Below the pieces are notes generated by a model. The model had not been told where the DNA came from. It was given only the letters and a program-made list of their open reading frames with translations, and did no database searches. Position numbers and translations under genes: made by a program. DNA of 64,000 bases from a virus, in IMG/VR virus record IMGVR_UViG_3300020391_000290, positions 32,001 to 96,000 of that record; one strand, 5' to 3'. Positions 49,198-58,470 of the stretch are shown one piece after another. The first letter of the stretch is position 1. The number at the start of each line of letters is the position of its first letter.

Positions 49198-50380
49198 ATG
49201 TATTCTTCCATGGATTAGTATAGAAACAACACCTTCAGGCACAACAAGGCCTTGTTGTTTATATACAGATGAAATCCCAAATGTAAACTTAGCTACTTCA
49301 ACATTACAAGATGCTTTTAATAGTAAATTTATGCGTAATTTAAGACGTGCTTTTAGGCGTGGCGAAAAACCTGAGGGTTGTAGAAACTGTTGGCGTGAAG
49401 AAGACGCAGGTAAAAAGTCAAAACGACAATATATGCTTGAAAAGTTTAGTGATATTAATGTACAATACAAAGATAATAATGGTGAAGATTTAGTATTTTT
49501 AGATCTTAAACTAGGTAATATTTGTAATCTAAAATGTCGTATTTGTGGAAGCTGGAGTAGTAGCAAATGGGCACAAGAAGAATTAGACTATGTAGAAGAT
49601 TCTACAAATCATATTGCAAAAAAATGGTTAAAGGATGGACAGTGGCCCAGAAAGAGTCCACGTTTTTGGGATAATATAGATGAATTGTTGCCTCAAATAA
49701 AATATTTTGAATTTACTGGTGGCGAACCGTGGATGATAAAACAACATTTTGAATTATTACAAAATGCCGTAAATAAAGATTATGCCAAAAATATTGATAT
49801 ACACTACAATACGAATACAACACAGTTTCCTAAAGATCCGACTATATGGAAACATTTCAAAAATGTACAAATTGCTTTCAGTGTTGATAATACAGGAGAA
49901 CGTTTTGAGTATGAACGTTATGGAGCAAAATGGAAAACGTCTAATGCAAATATTAAAAAGGTACACGCCCTAAGAGAAAAAGGTTATCCTATTACTACAC
50001 AACTATGTTGTACATGGAATATACAAAATATTTTTTATTTAGATGAAATACTTACGTGGGCAAAAACAATGACTTTCGATAGCATACATTTCAATGTAAT
50101 GCACGATCCATGGGAATTTAGTTTAAGCAAAACACCTATTCATGCACGTAGTCCTATTATGTTGTATTTACAAAAGCAACAAATTTTGCATAGACAATAT
50201 AAAAATGATATTATCGCATTGAAAACGTTAGTAGAAAAAGCGAACATGAACGAAACACCTGAAGAACCAGAGACCGGTCAATCACTTCATAAAAAATTAA
50301 GACAAACTGATTTGTATCGTAATCAAAACTTTGCACTTAGTCATACAAAAATAGCACAAGCAATAAAATATGAACTCTAA
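49187..50380 (+). CDS. Radical SAM protein with N-terminal SPASM/twitch-like domain
   Basis: CILPW...RPCC...CRNC; CNLKCRIC; TGGEP. Confidence 0.9.
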   Translation: MSSKCILPWISIETTPSGTTRPCCLYTDEIPNVNLATSTLQDAFNSKFMRNLRRAFRRGEKPEGCRNCWREEDAGKKSKRQYMLEKFSDINVQYKDNNGEDLVFLDLKLGNICNLKCRICGSWSSSKWAQEELDYVEDSTNHIAKKWLKDGQWPRKSPRFWDNIDELLPQIKYFEFTGGEPWMIKQHFELLQNAVNKDYAKNIDIHYNTNTTQFPKDPTIWKHFKNVQIAFSVDNTGERFEYERYGAKWKTSNANIKKVHALREKGYPITTQLCCTWNIQNIFYLDEILTWAKTMTFDSIHFNVMHDPWEFSLSKTPIHARSPIMLYLQKQQILHRQYKNDIIALKTLVEKANMNETPEEPETGQSLHKKLRQTDLYRNQNFALSHTKIAQAIKYEL

Positions 50381-51647
50381 GCCAGAAAATTTATGTATGG
50401 CTCCTTGGACCCATACTTATCTGAGTCCGCAAACAGAACGCAGATTATGTTGTGCTAGTAGAGAACCTGCACAAAATTTTAAACAATACATCGATACAAC
50501 GGAAGGTACTAATGAATATAAACCGTCTACGCTAGAAGAATATTGGAACGGTGAAAATATTAGACGTATTCGTATGCAAATGTTAAACAATGTAGTACCA
50601 CCTGAATGTGTAGTGTGTGATAAAAAATTATTAAATCAAGATGTATATAGAGATTACTTTAATCATTTATTTGCACATAAATGGAATGACGTCGTTGAAA
50701 ATACACAAGATAATGGATATACGACTATGAAACCAATTAGTTGGGACTATCGTTTTAGTAATTTATGTAACTTTAAATGTAGAATGTGTGGGCCTATGTT
50801 AAGTAGTGCTTGGGAAACAGAAGCACGTAAACAGGATAAAATAGAACCTTGGATGGAAAAGTCAGTAAAGACTAAAATTGAAACATTTCAAAAGGACACC
50901 GTTGAAAAGGAGTTTAACACTGCAGTTGAAGAACATAGAATTGAAGAAGTCTATTGGGTTGGCGGTGAACCACTTATGTATGAGCAACATTGGCGTTATA
51001 TGCAACGTATTATTGAATTAGGTGATGGACCAGGACTATATGCAAGATATAATACAAATTTACATAGAGTAAATTACAAAGGGGTAAATTTGTATCAAGA
51101 CATTTTAGATAATATACGTGATTGGCAAATATGTGCAAGTTTAGATGGAACTAGTGAAGTAGGTGAATACATAAGGACAGGATTAGTATATGATACATGG
51201 AAGAAAAATTTTGAACAAGGATTAGCACATGCAAGAAATAAACGCATGATGCGTATTGATTTTACATTAACCTTACCTGGACTATTTGATATTGTAAATA
51301 TATGTAGGTTAGCTAGAGAATATGATGTAGATATATTAGCAAAAGTAGTATTTGCATTTACTCCAGATATTGCAATGAGTCCTCTTTTTTTACCTAGAGA
51401 TATTTTGCACTATATAGTCAATAGTTTACTATTGACAAGTGAAGTAGATAATAGTACAATAATAAACATGCTCAAAAGTTTATTGGATAGACCAACATTT
51501 GAAGAAGAATTTCCTAATGAATATAAAAAAGCAAGAATAAAAGGCAAATGGCGTATGCAGGCAATGGATAATTTACGAGGTGGAATGAAGTTTGTAGATA
51601 CTTTGAAAGATTACAAGGCAAAAGAATTTTGGAATGGAATTTGTTAA
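50370..51647 (+). CDS. Radical SAM protein with N-terminal SPASM/twitch-like domain
   Basis: CMAPW...RLCC...CVVC; CNFKCRMC; VGGEP. Confidence 0.9.
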   Translation: MNSKPENLCMAPWTHTYLSPQTERRLCCASREPAQNFKQYIDTTEGTNEYKPSTLEEYWNGENIRRIRMQMLNNVVPPECVVCDKKLLNQDVYRDYFNHLFAHKWNDVVENTQDNGYTTMKPISWDYRFSNLCNFKCRMCGPMLSSAWETEARKQDKIEPWMEKSVKTKIETFQKDTVEKEFNTAVEEHRIEEVYWVGGEPLMYEQHWRYMQRIIELGDGPGLYARYNTNLHRVNYKGVNLYQDILDNIRDWQICASLDGTSEVGEYIRTGLVYDTWKKNFEQGLAHARNKRMMRIDFTLTLPGLFDIVNICRLAREYDVDILAKVVFAFTPDIAMSPLFLPRDILHYIVNSLLLTSEVDNSTIINMLKSLLDRPTFEEEFPNEYKKARIKGKWRMQAMDNLRGGMKFVDTLKDYKAKEFWNGIC

Positions 51648-52073
51648 ATGAAAGTTTTAATATTTGGATTACCAGGAAGTGGTAAAAGTACACTAGCAGA
51701 ACCATTTGCCAAACTTATAAATGGTGTGTGGATAAATGCAGATAAAGTAAGAGCACAATATAATGATTGGGATTTTTCTCCAGAAGGAAGAATACGTCAA
51801 GCACAACGTATGAGATATCTAAGTGATGGTGTAGTCCTAGCAGGTAAGATAGCAGTAGCTGATTTTATTTGTCCAACAATAAAAGCAAGAGAAGAATTTT
51901 CTGCTGATTATACAGTATGGATGGATACTATTAAACAAGGACGTTACGAAGATACAAATAAAATATTCGAAAAACCAACACAAGTAAATTATCAAGTGGC
52001 TAAATGGTTTGATGATACACATGCACAGTTAGCAGATGTTGTAAAAGGTTATATTAATCGTGACGAAAAATGA
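51648..52073 (+). CDS. Adenylyl-sulfate kinase (CysC)-like P-loop kinase
   Basis: GLPGSGKSTLA, NADKVR, DFSPEGRIRQ, DFICP, FEKP. Confidence 0.7.
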   Translation: MKVLIFGLPGSGKSTLAEPFAKLINGVWINADKVRAQYNDWDFSPEGRIRQAQRMRYLSDGVVLAGKIAVADFICPTIKAREEFSADYTVWMDTIKQGRYEDTNKIFEKPTQVNYQVAKWFDDTHAQLADVVKGYINRDEK

Positions 52074-52762
52074 ATAAAATTATAACTCTTGGTTGTAGTT
52101 TAACACAACAGGAAGGTTTAGCAAATAAACTGAGCGAACTTTTAAATATGCAGTTATTTAATCTTGCACAAGGATCAGGAGACAACCTGTTACAAATAGA
52201 AAAATTACAAGATTTTATATTAGATAATGATTTAAAAAAAGATGATATAATAGTTTGGCAAATAACAGATGTAACACGAAGACACAAAAATGTAAAGATG
52301 GATCAGTGGGAAACTGTAAAAGATATACAAAGAAAATTTTATACACCTAAGGACACTGCCCACTTTTATCTAAAGCGAAGAAATATGATAGATAAAAAAC
52401 GGCGTATAGCATTGCTGCATAATAGTCCGAATGTAGAGATGATTGACTATGACAACAATTCAGCTATACATACAATTATTTCTACAATGATTATGCTTAA
52501 TAAGATATGTAAGTTATATGTTTGGTTTGGATGGGATAAAGTCTTATCGCCACTGCAGTTTGAAATATTTTTTAAAATGCTTACAACAAAAAAAATTGCA
52601 TTTAATAAAAAATTTTATGTAAACTGGGCACACAACAATCGTTATAATTTTAGATACGATAACTTACACCCTGATCAGGAATGTGCGGAAGTATTTGCTG
52701 AAAAAATATTATATAAAGATTTGGTAATGAAATTAATGATAAAGGAGAAAAGTTATATTTGA
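52070..52762 (+). CDS. SGNH/GDSL-like protein
   Basis: LGCSLT (block I), NLAQGSG, DNLHP (block V). Confidence 0.55.
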   Translation: MNKIITLGCSLTQQEGLANKLSELLNMQLFNLAQGSGDNLLQIEKLQDFILDNDLKKDDIIVWQITDVTRRHKNVKMDQWETVKDIQRKFYTPKDTAHFYLKRRNMIDKKRRIALLHNSPNVEMIDYDNNSAIHTIISTMIMLNKICKLYVWFGWDKVLSPLQFEIFFKMLTTKKIAFNKKFYVNWAHNNRYNFRYDNLHPDQECAEVFAEKILYKDLVMKLMIKEKSYI

Positions 52763-53147
52763 CTGGAAAAAACCTACAGTCCAAATGCTAGGTAGATGGC
52801 AACCATGGCATGAAGGACATAGTGAACTTTTTGAAAAGGCATTAGAGAAAACGGGTCAAGTGCTAATTATGGTACGAGACGTACAAGGTGCTGATGCGGG
52901 TATGGGTAACACAGATAACCCGTTTGATTTTGATAAAGTAAGTAATGATATAGCGGGTGTTTTATTTCAAAAAGGTTATATTATTGGAGAAGAGTTTGAA
53001 ATAATGCTTGTGCCTAATATTGTAGATATAAGTTATGGACGAGGTGTAGGTTATACATTTACAGAACATGACTTAGGAGAACGTATACATAGTATTAGTG
53101 CAACAAAAATTAGGCATGACATGCGTAAAGTAGGTTTGTTAACATAA
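52755..53147 (+). CDS. Cytidylyltransferase-family nucleotidyltransferase
   Basis: GRWQPWHEGH (HxGH), DNPF, ISATKIR; frame open to ATA at 52755 behind AAGGAG. Confidence 0.8.
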   Translation: MFDWKKPTVQMLGRWQPWHEGHSELFEKALEKTGQVLIMVRDVQGADAGMGNTDNPFDFDKVSNDIAGVLFQKGYIIGEEFEIMLVPNIVDISYGRGVGYTFTEHDLGERIHSISATKIRHDMRKVGLLT

Positions 53148-53653
53148 TGATAGTTGTTATGGGCAGTGGTGAAGGAACAAATTTTCAAGCTCTTGCTAAA
53201 CATATTAGTATAGATTTAGTAATCACGAATAATAAAAATGCAAATATTGTAAACAGAGCAAAAAATTTAGGTGTCAAATACATTATAAGTAAAGATCAAT
53301 ATGAAAGTCACGTGCCTGTAAATACAAAACTTGTCATACTAGCAGGTTTTATGAAACTACTAAGTCCTGGTTTTGTTGATAAATTTAAAATAGTGAATAT
53401 TCATCCTAGTCTGTTGCCAAGTTTCAGAGGTATAGATGCAATTGGACAAGCACTAGATGCAGGTGTAAAATTTACAGGTTGTACAGTACATTGGGTAGAT
53501 AAAGGAATTGACACAGGCAAAATTATAGATCAATTGGTTTGCCCGATAGGTCCTAATGATAATAAAATTAATTTACAACAAAAAATACAAAAATTAGAAC
53601 ATAAAATTTATCCTGCAATTGTTAAGGAGTTGATACATGATAAGTTGGATTAA
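53147..53653 (+). CDS. purN: Phosphoribosylglycinamide formyltransferase
   Basis: SGEGTN phosphate loop, LAGFM, NIHPSLLPSFRG, GCTVHWVD...DTG. Confidence 0.85.
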   Translation: MIVVMGSGEGTNFQALAKHISIDLVITNNKNANIVNRAKNLGVKYIISKDQYESHVPVNTKLVILAGFMKLLSPGFVDKFKIVNIHPSLLPSFRGIDAIGQALDAGVKFTGCTVHWVDKGIDTGKIIDQLVCPIGPNDNKINLQQKIQKLEHKIYPAIVKELIHDKLD

Positions 53654-53741
53654 AAATATTATTAATAAAATTAAAATGGAAATAAGGTATCGTAAACGTT
53701 TAAAAGAACTAAGAAAACGAGACCCGTTTATATACAAATGA
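53637..53741 (+). CDS. 34-aa basic peptide ending DPFIYK
   Basis: MISWIKNIINKIKMEIRYRKRLKELRKRDPFIYK; AAGGAG RBS; ATGA overlap with the carbamoyltransferase start. Confidence 0.75.
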   Translation: MISWIKNIINKIKMEIRYRKRLKELRKRDPFIYK

Positions 53742-55225
53742 TACTAGGACTCAGTGCAGGCTTTCATGATGCTGGAGCCACTTTGATAGATAAAACAAAT
53801 GGCGAGATACTATTTGCTGGCCATGCGGAAAGGTATAGTGGTGTAAAAAATGATGCTAATCTAAATCAAGAACTTATAGATGATGCCCTAAGTTACGGTA
53901 AGCCTAATAACATAGCATGGTATGAAAAAACGTGGTTAAAAAGGACTAGGCAACTGTACAGTGGCGAATGGCGTAAAGCAATAGATTTTAGCACTAGTCC
54001 TAAAAAACTAATAAAACCTTTCATGGGCAAAATACCTATACATAGTTATGGACATCATAAATGCCATGCTGCGGCAGGTTTTCAAACTAGTCCATATAAA
54101 AATGCAATTGCAATAGTAGTTGATGCTATAGGAGAATGGGACACAATCAGTGTATGGGAATGTAGTTATAAACCTGTATACTTAGGTCGCCCTAAAGCAA
54201 CTTACAAAAAAATATGGAATCAAATTTATCCACACAGTATAGGATTATATTATAGTGCCATTACTAAGTACATAGGGCTAAAACCTATGGAAGATGAGTA
54301 TATAACAATGGGTATGGCAGCTTATGGTAAAGCATATTTGCAATCATATGAAAAAAATAAAATGCTTGTTGACCTAGATAAAATAGAGTTTGTAGATAAT
54401 TTTCATGCAGGTATCGAAGAGGATTATTTTGTTGGTAGTGGACTAGATAAATTTGATGTAGCCGCTGGCGCACAAAAAGTAGTTGAACAATTATTAAGAG
54501 GATTATTTGAACGTTTTGTTACAAGACAAACAAACGTTGTATTCATGGGCGGTGTAGCACTTAATTGTGTAGCAAATGCTATGCTAGAAGGCCATTGTAA
54601 AGATTTGTGGATTATGCCAAACCCGGGAGACTGTGGTAGTAGTCTAGGAGCGGCGGCACTACAATACGGAAAAAAATTACGTTGGAAAGGTCCATACTTA
54701 GGACATAATATACCAGGAGAGTATCCGATTGACGCTATTATAGGCGGCTTAATGTCAGATAAGATTGTAGGCGTCGCAAGTGGTAGAGCAGAATTTGGAC
54801 CTAGAGCATTAGGTACTAGAAGCCTACTTGCAGATCCACGTGGACACGATATTAAAGATAAAGTAAATAATATTAAGAAAAGACAAAAATTTAGACCTTT
54901 TGCTCCTATGATTCTTGAAGAACATTTTAAAGATGAATTTAGAGTATACAAAAAACAAAAAGAACCATATATGCAAAGTGTTTATAAGTGTTTGAATCCT
55001 GAATTATATCCAGCTATAGTACACCAAGATGGAACAAGTAGGGTACAAACTGTAGGTAAAAATGATCATCCAGATGTGAGACGACTATTAGAAAAATGGT
55101 ATTTCATGACAGGGTGTCCAATGTTGTTAAACACGAGTTTAAATATAAAAGGGGAACCTATGGTTAACAATAGAGCAGACGCAGATAAATTTGAAAAAAG
55201 ATATAATGTCAAGGTATGTAGTTAA
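53738..55225 (+). CDS. Carbamoyltransferase (NodU/CmcH/TobZ family)
   Basis: GFHDAG, HHKCHAA, DAIGE, GGVALNC, EFGPRALGTRS, RQKFRPFAP, DGTSRVQ, LLNTSLN. Confidence 0.95.
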   Translation: MILGLSAGFHDAGATLIDKTNGEILFAGHAERYSGVKNDANLNQELIDDALSYGKPNNIAWYEKTWLKRTRQLYSGEWRKAIDFSTSPKKLIKPFMGKIPIHSYGHHKCHAAAGFQTSPYKNAIAIVVDAIGEWDTISVWECSYKPVYLGRPKATYKKIWNQIYPHSIGLYYSAITKYIGLKPMEDEYITMGMAAYGKAYLQSYEKNKMLVDLDKIEFVDNFHAGIEEDYFVGSGLDKFDVAAGAQKVVEQLLRGLFERFVTRQTNVVFMGGVALNCVANAMLEGHCKDLWIMPNPGDCGSSLGAAALQYGKKLRWKGPYLGHNIPGEYPIDAIIGGLMSDKIVGVASGRAEFGPRALGTRSLLADPRGHDIKDKVNNIKKRQKFRPFAPMILEEHFKDEFRVYKKQKEPYMQSVYKCLNPELYPAIVHQDGTSRVQTVGKNDHPDVRRLLEKWYFMTGCPMLLNTSLNIKGEPMVNNRADADKFEKRYNVKVCS

Positions 55226-55552
55226 ATGTTAGATTCAGAAAGACAAAATATTTTAAGACAAAATGTAATAAGAGCATTACAAAATGTTTATGATCCTGAA
55301 ATGCCTAGTGTTAGTGTATATGATTTAGGCTTAATATATAAACTAGAAGTTTTTGAAGATGCAAGTGTTTTGTGTACACATACACTTACCAGTATGGCAT
55401 GTCCATTTGCAGATGAAATTTGTGCAGATATTGAAAATGCAGTTACTACTACACCTGGCGTAAAATCATGTAACAGACAATTAGTTTTTGAACCTATGTT
55501 TACAATGGAAATGGTCCCAGAAGAAACAAGACTAATAATGGGTTGGTATTAA
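55226..55552 (+). CDS. Fe-S cluster assembly protein (DUF59/SufT/PaaD-like)
   Basis: VYDPEM...DLGLIY...TLTSMACP motif. Confidence 0.9.
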   Translation: MLDSERQNILRQNVIRALQNVYDPEMPSVSVYDLGLIYKLEVFEDASVLCTHTLTSMACPFADEICADIENAVTTTPGVKSCNRQLVFEPMFTMEMVPEETRLIMGWY

Positions 55553-56244
55553 TGCCTCCGAAAATTAAAATTGCACCTAAAGATATTTCAATTACTTTCG
55601 ATCCCGGTGCAAGAGGTAGTTTTTTATATGTTTTTTTACAAGGAAAATTACAAAATCATGACTACGAATTTAACGTGGTTATTCCTTCAGAGTACAAACA
55701 CACTATAAATCCAAAAGCAATTGCAAAATTTAAATATAGGATTTTTGTAAAGTTAGATTTACAAATGTTAGATGTATGGTTATTTAATTTTTGGCAAAAA
55801 ATTATTACTAATGAAGCTTATAGTTTTCCAGGAGAATATGATGATGTCTATCAGGAAAAAACATTTAACAAATTATATAAAAGTGCAAGAAACGCATATA
55901 ATTATTCTATTGAAAGTGATCTAAGTTGTTTTAATTATATCGTACCATTCAGTAGGACTTTTAATTGGGAATATTTAAGTGATTTATACTTTAGTATAAA
56001 CAATAAATTACCAACAAATAAAGAAATAATTGAGGATACTAATAAAATAAGTTGCGAAACAAATACTGCATGTAAAGTTGTAAAAGAAATAATAAGATTG
56101 GAAGATATTTTACAAGTAAATGGTTATGTTTTTACAAAAAATATGTACGATTTATATCTAGATTGCTTGAATAATAATGATATGAGAATATTGGAAAAAA
56201 ATTTAGTAAAGTCTAATTATACGCAAGGCGAGTTTAGTTTATAA
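55543..56244 (+). CDS. Hypothetical protein
   Basis: 233-aa AT-rich ORF; FDPGARGSFL loop. Confidence 0.55.
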   Translation: MVLMPPKIKIAPKDISITFDPGARGSFLYVFLQGKLQNHDYEFNVVIPSEYKHTINPKAIAKFKYRIFVKLDLQMLDVWLFNFWQKIITNEAYSFPGEYDDVYQEKTFNKLYKSARNAYNYSIESDLSCFNYIVPFSRTFNWEYLSDLYFSINNKLPTNKEIIEDTNKISCETNTACKVVKEIIRLEDILQVNGYVFTKNMYDLYLDCLNNNDMRILEKNLVKSNYTQGEFSL

Positions 56245-57518
56245 TGTTTGATATATTTTGTATGCAAATGGGCGGACATACTAATTTACCCGCACATACA
56301 CAATTCACAAGATATAATAATACACATTTAGCCACCATAAAACGTATAGTGAAAAAAGCTAATACAGAGTACGTTTGGGTAGTAAGTGATATTTGTGATT
56401 ATAGTAATTTTGATTTCACTTGGCAACCTACTCCATGGGAAGCAGATCAAATACATTGTTGGGCAAGTAATGATCAACAATATGGTGATACTTTTTTGAT
56501 ACCTGTAAGTGCATTTAAGCGTCAATTAGATAACCTTAAAGTTTTAGGATGGTATAGACATATAAACTGGCATACAAATGGTGTCCCAAGAACTACATTA
56601 GGTAACATGTATGACTGGGTTTTAGCTAACAATCAACAAAAGGTTAATTTTAATCCTCCTTTATGGGAAAAACGTGCAATTCATGTATTTAATAAGAGCG
56701 GGAGTGTACTGTTGGTGCCAAGAGACTGTAAAAGTCATTTTCTTACACAGTATTATGACTACCCATACATATTGCGTCATAATCATATAAAATGCGAAGA
56801 TAAACCACTAGATATTGTGTTTATTTCAAACGGTGAAAAAAATGCTGATTTAAACTGGAATCACCTTAAAAAAGTTCATAGAAATAATAAATGTAAAAAT
56901 AATTTGAAACGTTCTAATGGTGTAAATGGACGTACACAAGCATACAAAGCGGCAGCAAATTTAAGTGACACAGAGTGGTTTTACGCAGTGTTCGCTAAGA
57001 CCGAAGTATTAGAATCCTTTAAGTTTGACTTGTATCCAGATTATTTACAAGAAACAAAACATTATATGTTACATAGTCGTAATCCTTTAAATGGATTAGA
57101 ATATGGTGCAATGAATATAAATTTATATAACAAGCAACTTACACTAGATACAGATGCAGGATTAGATTTTACATTAAGTAGTAATCATGATACTATCCCA
57201 ATTGTAGCCAGTATTAGTAGATTTAATGAAGATCCATGGATAACTTGGCGTAGTGCTTTTCGTGAGGTTTTGAAATTGAAACGAGAAGTTGATTCAGGAG
57301 ATCCGCGTCCAGAAATAAAATACAGACTAAAAACATGGTGTAGTAAGGCACAAGGTGAAAACGCCGAGTGGTGTTTACAAGGAGCAAATGATGCTCTTAA
57401 ATATTACAAAACCGAGAAAGGCAGTTATAATGCTCTGTTAAACAGTTATGATTGGCCTTGGCTAACAACATATTTTGAAGAACGTTACAAAAGTATTATT
57501 TCCCCAACTCTTTTATAA
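56244..57518 (+). CDS. Glycosyltransferase-like protein, paralog of 41347..42258
   Basis: FISNGE, AYKAAA, NPLNGLEYG, WRSAFREVLK; extra N-terminal module. Confidence 0.6.
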   Translation: MFDIFCMQMGGHTNLPAHTQFTRYNNTHLATIKRIVKKANTEYVWVVSDICDYSNFDFTWQPTPWEADQIHCWASNDQQYGDTFLIPVSAFKRQLDNLKVLGWYRHINWHTNGVPRTTLGNMYDWVLANNQQKVNFNPPLWEKRAIHVFNKSGSVLLVPRDCKSHFLTQYYDYPYILRHNHIKCEDKPLDIVFISNGEKNADLNWNHLKKVHRNNKCKNNLKRSNGVNGRTQAYKAAANLSDTEWFYAVFAKTEVLESFKFDLYPDYLQETKHYMLHSRNPLNGLEYGAMNINLYNKQLTLDTDAGLDFTLSSNHDTIPIVASISRFNEDPWITWRSAFREVLKLKREVDSGDPRPEIKYRLKTWCSKAQGENAEWCLQGANDALKYYKTEKGSYNALLNSYDWPWLTTYFEERYKSIISPTLL

Positions 57519-58470
57519 ATGGTTGTTGCAGTAACCAATCTAAGTACATGGGTATTCCTTTATCAATATCCATTGTAGGATTCCAATTTGTACAATCTTT
57601 TAATTTATCACTTGTAAGTGTATCTCGATTTGGATAGAAACTATCATGAGGTAATGTTTTAATTTTACCTCCTAAACGTGATTGCACTATTTCAGCCGCT
57701 TCTATTATAGGTCTTCCGCTACCTCTTGTACAATTAAATATTTCATTGGCACAATTTTTATGTAAAGCCGCAGTAGCAAATGCACTAGCAACATCTTCAA
57801 CCCAACTAAAATCTAATTTATTATTAGGGCCTTGTACACGCAGTTCACCTTTTGTAATAGCCGCTTCAGCAAGTTTACTAATTACTCTTACTATCATATC
57901 TCTTGTACCATATAAAGCACTTGGTCTAAGTATTGTATATTCTAAGTTATTTTCTTTATGATAGATTTTACACATCCTTTCGCCTTGTAATTTATAACTA
58001 CCGTATAATGTTAAAGGATCACATGTATCAGTTTCTATTGGTGCTTGTCTTGTAAAATTTCCATATACCATACTGCTACTACTAAAAACAAAACGTTCAA
58101 TATTATATTTTACACATAGGTCTAGTATTATTGCAGTGGCTGTTATCATATTGTTGGTTGCATCTATTACATTACGTTTTACCATGTATGCATTTGGATA
58201 TGTAGCAAGGTGTATGACAATATCAGGCTGAAAGGATTTAAATGTATTTTCCATAAATGCAGGGTCTTCTATGTTTCCTTGGAATATAAAGTCTGCGTTA
58301 CAATGATCCTGTCTTTGTTGTAAAACACAATTATATTCAAATTCAGGGAATGTATAATATCTATGATAACAATCTACAACACCTATTATATTATTTTGTT
58401 CTTTCAGTATGTGACCAGTATGACTACCTATAAATCCATGACCACCTAAAATTAAAATTCTTTTAGACAT
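57496..58470 (-). CDS. NAD-dependent sugar epimerase/dehydratase
   Basis: GGHGFIG, FSSSSMVYG, YGSYK catalytic motif. Confidence 0.92.
   Translation of the reverse strand: MSKRILILGGHGFIGSHTGHILKEQNNIIGVVDCYHRYYTFPEFEYNCVLQQRQDHCNADFIFQGNIEDPAFMENTFKSFQPDIVIHLATYPNAYMVKRNVIDATNNMITATAIILDLCVKYNIERFVFSSSSMVYGNFTRQAPIETDTCDPLTLYGSYKLQGERMCKIYHKENNLEYTILRPSALYGTRDMIVRVISKLAEAAITKGELRVQGPNNKLDFSWVEDVASAFATAALHKNCANEIFNCTRGSGRPIIEAAEIVQSRLGGKIKTLPHDSFYPNRDTLTSDKLKDCTNWNPTMDIDKGIPMYLDWLLQQPFIKELGK

Noticed and set aside
57496-57518. 23-nt tail-to-tail overlap of convergent genes with no terminator
   Set aside because: Common in compact phage genomes; nothing further suggests antisense regulation.
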